Assembly (NCBI GenBank): GCA_947625115.1
Contig: CANQND010000005.1
Location: 1,891 to 65,890 of the forward strand
Direction: 5' to 3'
DNA: 64,000 nucleotides
Origin: an uncultured Clostridia bacterium
GTDB lineage: Bacteria > Bacillota > Clostridia > Christensenellales > CAG-314
Numbering within the stretch: position 1 is the first letter of the stretch; every line of letters starts with the position of its first letter. Below the pieces are notes generated by a model. That model was not told where the DNA came from, ran no database searches, and was given only the letters and a program-made list of their open reading frames with translations. Position numbers and translations under genes: made by a program. Below, piece after piece: positions 1-6,817 of this stretch.

Positions 1-228
1 GGCGGTCTTTCGAAACCCAACGTTACTGACTTGCAAATTTACTCGGCTTTTCGTGAAGCCATAAGCGAGTACGAAGTGCATGGTTCTTTTACTGTGCAAA
101 TGACTGCAACTTACGAGGGTCAAACTTACACGTCAAGTACGAAAAGTATCGACGTTACTTTTGATGGTGACGCATTGTTCTTGCCTGTCAGTGAGTTGGC
201 ATTGGATCAAGACCACATTCTCGCATAG
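1..228 (+). CDS. Phage-element protein, partial (5' end outside window)
   Basis: Frame is open from base 1 to TAG at 226-228. Beta-rich; C-terminus LPVSELALDQDHILA resembles that of the next ORF. Confidence 0.65.
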   Translation, partial: GGLSKPNVTDLQIYSAFREAISEYEVHGSFTVQMTATYEGQTYTSSTKSIDVTFDGDALFLPVSELALDQDHILA

Positions 229-238
229 GGGGGCAATT

Positions 239-826
239 ATGGACAAGCAAGAAAAAATAATTACGATCGTGACGGTTGCGTTGCTTGTCCTCGCTGCCGT
301 CATAGTAGTGCTTGTGTGGGGCGCGTACAGCAATTGGTTCAAAACCGATTTCGAGTACTTGTACCTTACGTCGAATGGTGAACGTCTGCAACAATTTGAA
401 ACCTATCGCTTGGGCGATGTGCAGTTGGACGTTCACCAATTCGGCGGCAAAAGCGGTTTTTCCGTTCGTGTAGTGGCTCTTGCGGAAGAAGATTTCACTT
501 ACACCGTTGACGGCAAGTACTACAACTTTGTTGATGAGCTTGCATGCAAGGACGTAACCGAGGCTTTCGGCGTTGTTTCGGGCAAAAGAAGTTTTGTATT
601 GCATGCCCGTAGCGATATACTCGACATTTTGCAAGCTATCTATCCGAATAGCGTTGTCGCGCTCATTAGCGATCTCGATCAGCCGATACACTTTCATCTT
701 GTAGTCACGGACAAGGCGGCGAAACATAGCTTTGAACTGACGTTTTGCTGCAAAATGCCCGTGACTGACATCGAGATAGATCCTGATCACGTATTTACAA
801 GTGGAGGACTGTTATGCGTAAGTTAG
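239..826 (+). CDS. Phage-element membrane-anchored protein (N-terminal TM helix)
   Basis: GGGGGG RBS then ATG at 239 (MDKQEK). Hydrophobic IITIVTVALLVLAAVIVVLVWG; overlaps the next ORF. Confidence 0.75.
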   Translation: MDKQEKIITIVTVALLVLAAVIVVLVWGAYSNWFKTDFEYLYLTSNGERLQQFETYRLGDVQLDVHQFGGKSGFSVRVVALAEEDFTYTVDGKYYNFVDELACKDVTEAFGVVSGKRSFVLHARSDILDILQAIYPNSVVALISDLDQPIHFHLVVTDKAAKHSFELTFCCKMPVTDIEIDPDHVFTSGGLLCVS

Positions 827-2871
827 CAATTGTTTTATTGGCAGTATTGTTTGTTGTCGCTTTGGGCGGCGGATATTCCGCTGCCTTTGCTGATGACATT
901 AACGAGAATTTTGCCACCTCGTATGTGTTGGATGATCTCGCCGGGGCTAATATAGACGGCAAGGTTTTCAACGTTCAAGACTATCCGCAGGACGTCAAGG
1001 GCGAGTTGCGGTTGATTGCTTTTATGGAATATGCTTACAGCGAAAAGGAGGATCTGCGAGATTACTATGGGTTGTATTTCTACCTGTACAATCCCCGTGC
1101 AATTCAATTTACCGACGACGAGCGCAACAAGGTACAGATTGCCACGGAATACGAACAGCAGGGGAATGAGCTGATACCCACCAAATGGGAAAAGTTCAAC
1201 CTCAAACTGTGCAGCATATCCGCCGAGCGATTGTTTGTTAAGTTCAGAGTGGACAACGTTGCCGCTATCTACGAGCGAGTATCTCAACATCCTGAACTAC
1301 GTCGTTATGATATTTCGGGTTTGGAACTTGTAACTCCCAGTAGCACCAATGCCAAAGAGTACGGTGTTGGCGGAACGTGGCAATATTCAGGCTACGCCCG
1401 CGGCTGCGGCGATGACGTCTTGGAAAATACTTTGCAGTGCAACGCAAGCACCACGCAGGTTTTGCAGCTTGACGATCTGCACCATACATATTACCGTAAT
1501 TGGATAGAGGAGTACAAAAACGGGTTCAATAGTGACGGAATAATAGCCGGCAGAAAGGCGCAACAACTTAATTCGGTGTATTTCAGTGTTCCCAACTACT
1601 ATGTAGAGCAGTATAAACGTTTGTACAGCATTCAAGCGGAAACATACCGTTATTTGACGTCGCCGATTGTAGTCATTACAGATAAATATATTACAAGCAA
1701 TCAAGCCGACTCTTACTACAATCGGTTGCTTTCTCAGCGTAATCTTTATGACCCGTCTAAGCGGGATAATGCAATGTCTGCAACTTTGTATTGGGACTAC
1801 GGCTCTGGCTTGGTTCATTCTTCTAACGTTGGCAGAACTGCGTATAACTACTTCGACAGGGAGTACAGCGACACGTTGCACACTCTCGCTTGGGTTTTCC
1901 GTCAAGATAAGCGCGCTGATGAGGTGAGCGTTGAGTCTGCCGATCTGTTGAGGTATATGTCTGAGTACAGTGATTTATTTGATGATCATTCTATTCGTGG
2001 CAAATATGCTTCGGATTTATTTGCCGATCATTATTACAGTTATGGAATGAATTACAGTTCGTTCTCTAACGGTTACTACCCAATAGATTTGGACGTGTCC
2101 GGGGATAAAGATTTTGTCTTTACAGAAAGCGATAGTACGCAATCTGCTTGGGACAGGTTTTTCAACGGGCAAAACCATGTGGACGGCAAACCTTTTTCGC
2201 CCATAGTGGAAGTGAGCTACAACGATGTGAAAGGGTTGACCGACGACGAGCTTGCTCAGAAGTATTACATAGCTAAAGAGGACGCAACGGACTTTTACAA
2301 TTACGTGTGGAGTAACTCGGACAGGACGGTGTACTTGTTCCACTTTGCTCAGAGCGACTACTATTCCAATGACGTGCGTGCTTATGCAAAATTTTCAGTG
2401 TATGAGAATAACAATGTCGGTTTTGTTGCCCAAGAGGTTGCCTATCTTGATTTTGATATAATCTCTATGGGGTACGAAAACGATATGGGACATATTGAGA
2501 TAATTCCGGTTGTAAGCAATCCCGTTGACATAGTTTCTTCCATTGAGTCGGGCAGCCCTGTAACGGGTTGGGATAAGGTTTTGGACGAATTGGAGGACTT
2601 TTGGAACAGGGTCGAGAACTTTTTCAACCGTGTCGGAAACTTTGCCACAGAAAATTGGTGGCTTTTCGTCATACTCGGAGTGTTAATACTGTTCGGAGTT
2701 CTCAGTTATTTCTTCCCCGTACTGCGAGTAGTTTTCAAGTGGCTTTGGATAGGGCTTAAATGGCTGCTGAAAATCTTGTGGTGGATAGTTTCCGCCCCTG
2801 CGCGTCTGATCGTGCTGATTGCTAACAGCATAAAGAACCGAGCGGAGAGAAGATCCGGCACAAAGACATAA
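814..2871 (+). CDS. Large secreted, C-terminally membrane-anchored phage protein (pIII/spike-like adsorption protein candidate)
   Basis: GGAGG RBS; signal peptide MRKLAIVLLAVLFVVALGGGYSAAFA; Trp-rich C-terminal TM/amphipathic segments followed by a basic tail; located upstream of the ATPase. Confidence 0.7.
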   Translation: MRKLAIVLLAVLFVVALGGGYSAAFADDINENFATSYVLDDLAGANIDGKVFNVQDYPQDVKGELRLIAFMEYAYSEKEDLRDYYGLYFYLYNPRAIQFTDDERNKVQIATEYEQQGNELIPTKWEKFNLKLCSISAERLFVKFRVDNVAAIYERVSQHPELRRYDISGLELVTPSSTNAKEYGVGGTWQYSGYARGCGDDVLENTLQCNASTTQVLQLDDLHHTYYRNWIEEYKNGFNSDGIIAGRKAQQLNSVYFSVPNYYVEQYKRLYSIQAETYRYLTSPIVVITDKYITSNQADSYYNRLLSQRNLYDPSKRDNAMSATLYWDYGSGLVHSSNVGRTAYNYFDREYSDTLHTLAWVFRQDKRADEVSVESADLLRYMSEYSDLFDDHSIRGKYASDLFADHYYSYGMNYSSFSNGYYPIDLDVSGDKDFVFTESDSTQSAWDRFFNGQNHVDGKPFSPIVEVSYNDVKGLTDDELAQKYYIAKEDATDFYNYVWSNSDRTVYLFHFAQSDYYSNDVRAYAKFSVYENNNVGFVAQEVAYLDFDIISMGYENDMGHIEIIPVVSNPVDIVSSIESGSPVTGWDKVLDELEDFWNRVENFFNRVGNFATENWWLFVILGVLILFGVLSYFFPVLRVVFKWLWIGLKWLLKILWWIVSAPARLIVLIANSIKNRAERRSGTKT

Positions 2872-3014
2872 AAAAACACCCCGGACACTTGTCCAAGGTG
2901 TTGCGGAGCCTCACAGCCAGCCTTCTTGGGAAGGTACTTTCACTCTCATAAGCTACTCCGCTCGGTCGGTCTTAGCTTGCTTTCCGACTTTAGCCGTTGT
3001 ATGGCTACCGAGAG
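2870..3014 (-). ncRNA. Candidate structured antisense sRNA inside the prophage
   Basis: Minus-strand TTGACA(3044-3049)-17 bp-TAGAAT(3021-3026) with extended TG. Several stems, ending in hairpin AACACCTTGGAC/GTCCGGGGTGTT plus a U tract. Confidence 0.6.
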
Positions 3015-3048
3015 GATTTAATTCTAACATAAAAAGGAGATGTTGTCA

Positions 3049-3387
3049 ATGGCTAAAATTGTAAACAGGAAAAGAAAACCTAACGAAGCAAACCTCGCCG
3101 GCTTAATGGTTGTGGGGTCTGAGGTCGCGTGGGATAAGTTTCACAAACGTTGGCGTAAGGGAGTTTATGGCGCCGTGGACAAAGAATTGCCATTTATTAC
3201 CACTACCGTGCAGTCCAAGGACGGCACGCGGCGCAGAAAATTTGTAAATGACGTCACGGAACTGCCGAACGTCACGAAGGAGCGGGTAATGGCTTTCTTT
3301 GACAATAAGCAAAACGCCCAACGTAGCAAATGCTACCTTGTAGATAAGGCTCTTTACGACGAAATGCTTAACGGGCGCAAAAGATGA
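3049..3387 (+). CDS. Small basic phage-element protein, unknown function
   Basis: AAGGAG RBS at 3034-3039 favours ATG 3049 (MAKIVN). Stop overlaps the ATPase start (ATGA). Confidence 0.7.
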   Translation: MAKIVNRKRKPNEANLAGLMVVGSEVAWDKFHKRWRKGVYGAVDKELPFITTTVQSKDGTRRRKFVNDVTELPNVTKERVMAFFDNKQNAQRSKCYLVDKALYDEMLNGRKR

Positions 3388-4301
3388 TCACTATTATTTT
3401 CGGCAAACCGGGTGCGGGCAAGACGGCGTATTTAGTCAGTCAGATGTTACGGTTTCTTGGCAACAGCCGCGAGGCTTACGAGCTACTTTGGAATTGTCGG
3501 GACAGAGTGATCGCTCTGGATCAGCGCGGCTTGCAGTACACCGTTCCCACCACTCCGCCCGTCTACACCAATTTTCCCGTGTCGGCGCACGTTGGATACA
3601 ACAAATGGCGTAGTAGCTTATATGTAGACGGCTTTCACCTCGGTTTGGAAAACGACTTCGTACCAATTACCAATGTATTGCCGGGCGCGGTGATTGGCTT
3701 GACCGAGGTGCAACGGTACTACAATAGTAGAAACTCCAAGGACAGCAAAAAGGCTTTGCCCGATTGGGTCAGCAGGTTTTACGAGGAACACCGCCACTAC
3801 GGCTTGCAGATCTACTTGGACCTACAACGCATTGGGCTGTGCGACTTGAATATCCGAGAACTTGCAGGGCGCATTGTTGAGGTGTACGACCTGCAACACG
3901 AGGTTGATCGCCGCGGCAACATTCTCGCCTCGAAGTTTTCTCTCCGTTGCTGGGACACTCTTGCCGCCGCCGAACGTTACGTGGACAACGATAGCTTGAC
4001 CAACTTTGAGCACGAGGAGTATATCTTCGAGGGCAACGTGTTCGAGGCGTACACCTCGGCGTGTTATTTCGACGCTTTTTTGCCAAGCTGCGGCAGGGAC
4101 TTTTCCCTGCGTACCCACACCGAAGCGTTGCGGAATGACGCCACGTTGCAGTTAGAATTTTCAAAACAGATCTATCGGCAAAGTGCGCCACGCGGATTTT
4201 ATCCCGGCGAGGCGGAAGATCTCCGCAAAGAGTGGCTCAAAAATGGCAAAGACGAAACGTTGCAAGAATACATTTTGAGGACGGTTTATGGAACTACATA
4301 A
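3384..4301 (+). CDS. Zot-like / inovirus pI morphogenesis ATPase (no TM segment)
   Basis: N-terminal Walker A GKPGAGKT, VYTNF, Walker-B-like IGLTEVQRYY, HRHYG, LQR and DLNIR motifs typical of the Zot_N family. Confidence 0.85.
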   Translation: MITIIFGKPGAGKTAYLVSQMLRFLGNSREAYELLWNCRDRVIALDQRGLQYTVPTTPPVYTNFPVSAHVGYNKWRSSLYVDGFHLGLENDFVPITNVLPGAVIGLTEVQRYYNSRNSKDSKKALPDWVSRFYEEHRHYGLQIYLDLQRIGLCDLNIRELAGRIVEVYDLQHEVDRRGNILASKFSLRCWDTLAAAERYVDNDSLTNFEHEEYIFEGNVFEAYTSACYFDAFLPSCGRDFSLRTHTEALRNDATLQLEFSKQIYRQSAPRGFYPGEAEDLRKEWLKNGKDETLQEYILRTVYGTT

Positions 4302-4737
4302 CTTTTTAACTCAATACTACGAACTCTTTTCTGAGTTGGAGATCAACAAGGCGCAACTGCCCGAAGAGTTCTATGTGGTAAGCCGCAAGTTGTTACTTAG
4401 CCAATTTGAGCAAGCAACAACTACTTTTCTTGACGAGCAGGAGCTTCAATTTGCCGAGAAACGCTTCAAGCTGAAATTCGATGTCGCGAATTACACCCCG
4501 CGCCGTCGTTTAATCTTTTGGTGGAACCGTAAAGCAAAGGCTTTACTCAAACAATACCGCGCTGAATTAGAGCTTTATCTTTCGGAGATCTCCAAGGAAA
4601 CACGCGACACCAAGGCAGACAAGAACATTTTGGACGACCTGCCCGCGCAGAGTTCGATTTCAAGCCCCTCAACGTTGCCTGCGCCTACTACTGACTCAAC
4701 CGACCAAACACCTGCACCGCCTCCTACAACACCGTAG
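4288..4737 (+). CDS. Hypothetical phage-element protein with Pro/Thr-rich tail
   Basis: 149-aa ORF with GAGG RBS, overlapping the ATPase end. Confidence 0.65.
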   Translation: MELHNFLTQYYELFSELEINKAQLPEEFYVVSRKLLLSQFEQATTTFLDEQELQFAEKRFKLKFDVANYTPRRRLIFWWNRKAKALLKQYRAELELYLSEISKETRDTKADKNILDDLPAQSSISSPSTLPAPTTDSTDQTPAPPPTTP

Positions 4738-4740
4738 AGA

Positions 4741-4897
4741 GGCAGGTAAGGCTTCTGCGGCGATTGTCAAGAGAGACGGCGGGCTTTATGCTCACGCCGT
4801 AGGCGGGAGGGATAAATCCGTCGGCGACCTTGACAAGAAAGCCGTCAGAGGTTAGGCTCTCCGCTCGGGTGGACGCGTGCGTCCGCCCCTACCTGCC
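4741..4897 (+). other. Long imperfect palindrome, single-strand-origin/packaging-signal-like
   Basis: Nested pairs GGCAGGTA(4741)/TACCTGCC(4890), CTTCTGCGGC/GCCGTCAGAGG, TTGTCAAG(4764)/CTTGACAA(4829), GACGG/CCGTC and TTTAT/ATAAA in the gap before rep. Confidence 0.6.
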
Positions 4898-4995
4898 ACA
4901 CCAAACAAACACTTCACCGCAGCAGCAGCGCTGCAACGAGCGCAGCCGTGCGCGCGGCTGTGGAGGTGAGATCCTTTGGCCCGCGCAGCGGGCCG

Positions 4996-5024
4996 TGTGC
5001 CACCTACTTGATACTGGTGGCACA
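4996..5024 (+). other. Rolling-circle double-strand origin (nick-site hairpin)
   Basis: Perfect 9-bp stem TGTGCCACC/GGTGGCACA. The loop TACTTGATACT contains CTTGATA, the phiX174/pC194-type nick motif; ~70 bp upstream of rep. Confidence 0.8.
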
Positions 5025-5092
5025 ACATACAGGCAAATGGGCATTTTTGCCGTTGCCTATGGCATTTTTTACAAAAATTTCGAGGTGAAAAA

Positions 5093-6157
5093 ATGAATTA
5101 TCTGTATGACAAAGACACAGGCGAGAAGATCCCCAACGTTTATGAAAAGGACGGGCAAATTGTAACGATTGAGTATGAGTATTTCGACAGTGTGATTAGC
5201 ACAACGGAGTCCACCGGTGTTGAAGTTTTGAAGTTTGCTAAGCCGTTCCGAGTTCCCCGCCACGTGGCACTTGACGCCGAAATGTGTTCAGACTACTTTA
5301 CAAATTTTGAGTTTGCTGAGGCGGTAAGTACCCAGCGGTGGAAGTCGGTAGGCGGAACATTGGTTCCGACAGATCCAATGGTAAAAGTGGCAGATTTGTT
5401 GGCTTCGAGGCAACAAGCAGCAAGGGAGAGTAAAAGGCGATTCTACAACTACGCTTTGGGTGAAAACAATTGGCAGTACTTTTGTACATGGACTTTTGCC
5501 GATCCTCGCTGCCGTTCCGACAAAGATTTACTGTATGCTACATACAGCAAGTTTTTGGCGGTCATCCGCAAGTCTAACCCGGACGTAAAAGCGATTGCAA
5601 CGTACGAAGAGTTTGAGAAGGGCGGTTACCATATGCACGCATTGCTTGGCAATTGTTTGCTGCGTTTGACACCGGCACTGAACCCGCATACCGGCGAGTT
5701 TGTTTATTCCGAGTTTGGTAACCAAATATTTAACTGTATCGACTGGCAGGCGGGTTTCAGCACGGTGTGCTGTATTGTTCCGGGATCTACCAAGCAGCAA
5801 GTTGTTAATTACTTGGGAAAGTACTTGACCAAGAAATGCCCGGCTCCGTATCGTTGTAAACGGTTTTTCCATACTCTCAACTTGGACTACCGTGACTGTT
5901 ATATGTTCAACAGTCAAAATAGAAGTGATCCGGTTGTTCGTTTTCTTCTGAATGTCAAGGACGAACTTAACAACGGTGAGCGTCCCAATGTTATCCGAGA
6001 AATGGTTGACGCTTTTGATTTGGAACAGGTGAAGCGTAGTGAAACCGTTACTGTTTACCGCTCGAAAGTAGATATTGCCGGTTACTTGGACAACTATCCC
6101 GATGTGTTCACTCCGAAAAAAAAATTAGTGTCAAATTTAGTGTCAGAGCAAAAATAA
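5093..6157 (+). CDS. HUH rolling-circle replication initiator (Rep)
   Basis: Motif 1 FCTWTF, motif 2 YHMHALL, motif 3 YLGKYLTK (two Tyr); GAGGTG RBS. Confidence 0.88.
   Translation: MNYLYDKDTGEKIPNVYEKDGQIVTIEYEYFDSVISTTESTGVEVLKFAKPFRVPRHVALDAEMCSDYFTNFEFAEAVSTQRWKSVGGTLVPTDPMVKVADLLASRQQAARESKRRFYNYALGENNWQYFCTWTFADPRCRSDKDLLYATYSKFLAVIRKSNPDVKAIATYEEFEKGGYHMHALLGNCLLRLTPALNPHTGEFVYSEFGNQIFNCIDWQAGFSTVCCIVPGSTKQQVVNYLGKYLTKKCPAPYRCKRFFHTLNLDYRDCYMFNSQNRSDPVVRFLLNVKDELNNGERPNVIREMVDAFDLEQVKRSETVTVYRSKVDIAGYLDNYPDVFTPKKKLVSNLVSEQK
6125..6145 (+). repeat. Tandem TTAGTGTCA direct repeat, putative integrase arm-type sites
   Basis: TTAGTGTCA-AAT-TTAGTGTCA about 80 bp from the tRNA 3' end. Confidence 0.55.
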
Positions 6158-6222
6158 AGGGAAACACTTTTTAGGTGTTTCCTTTCATTTTGGGCTGTTT
6201 TCGCCTGTTTTTGCCCATTTTT

Positions 6223-6311
6223 TGGCGGAGAGAACAGGATTTGAACCTGCGGAGGCTGTTAACCTCGCACGCTTTCCAAGCGTGTGCCTTAAACCGCTCG
6301 ACCATCTCTCC
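6223..6311 (-). tRNA. tRNA-Ser(GGA)
   Basis: GGAGAGATGGTCGAGCGGTTTAAGGCACACGCTTGGAAAGCGTGCG...GGTTCAAATCCTGTTCTCTCCGCCA. Long variable arm, anticodon GGA, encoded CCA. Confidence 0.97.
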
Positions 6312-6342
6312 ATAAAGGCGATACGACTTTTGTTGCCATATA

Positions 6343-6371
6343 AGAATACCAAAAAATTGACATTTAGTCAA
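6343..6371 (-). promoter_or_regulatory. sigmaA-type promoter of tRNA-Ser
   Basis: TTGACT-17 bp-TATTCT. Confidence 0.65.
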
Positions 6372-6437
6372 TAGAATTGAAGTAAAAATATCTTTTCGAC
6401 GACCGAAACGCATTTGAATGCGGTGGTTGCGGGGATT

Positions 6438-6604
6438 CCTCTTCCACCACTGCGTGGTCCCCCTCCCCCTCGTCGCCGCACGGCTTTGGTTAGCACCAAG
6501 CGCGTAAACGCGCTCGGTACCGCTAACAGTCGGCGGCTCCTCTTCCCACACAAGTATTAGCGTACTTGCACGGGGACCCATTTTGCTTATCGACGGGGAC
6601 GGTC
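6438..6604. repeat. Hairpin-rich intergenic element (REP/MITE-like, possibly nested)
   Basis: GC-rich stems ACCAC/GTGGT, GTTAGC/GCTAAC enclosing AGCGCG/CGCGCT, CAAGTA/TACTTG; no credible ORF. Confidence 0.4.
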
Positions 6605-6692
6605 TGTTTGGTGAACACGTCTTGCGACGAGGAGGGTATTTTCAACAACGGGGCTACTGTCTGAGGGAGCGGGATATGTTCAAGATATGTGC

Positions 6693-6725
6693 AAAACAAA
6701 GGACCCGCCAAAGCGAGTCCTTTGT
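6693..6725 (-). terminator. Intrinsic terminator of the lipoprotein operon
   Basis: ACAAAGGACTCGC-TTTG-GCGGGTCCTTTGT followed by T's on the minus strand. Confidence 0.75.
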
Positions 6726-6817
6726 AAAAGGCAAAAGATTTTTGAGTTGCCGCCATTGGGTTACGACTTACATCTTTGTGCTTTTTCAGTCAAAATGCGG
6801 CAAACAAATCGTTCAAG

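Larger units (their letters stand above)
1..6220 (+). mobile_element. Integrated inovirus-like (filamentous phage-like) rolling-circle element, right part; left end outside window
   Basis: Co-oriented, tightly overlapping ORFs: membrane/secreted proteins, Zot/pI-like ATPase and HUH Rep. dso/sso-like hairpins present. Ends immediately downstream of the 3' end of tRNA-Ser. Confidence 0.85.

Noticed and set aside
3384-4301. Zot as an enterotoxin
   Set aside because: Only the ATPase domain is present, with no TM or C-terminal toxin region.
4830-5096. 88-aa ORF before rep
   Set aside because: Runs through origin hairpins, TTG start with no RBS; better explained as a non-coding origin.
6171-6581. 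136-aa minus-strand ORF
   Set aside because: Overlaps tRNA-Ser and the hairpin element; spurious.
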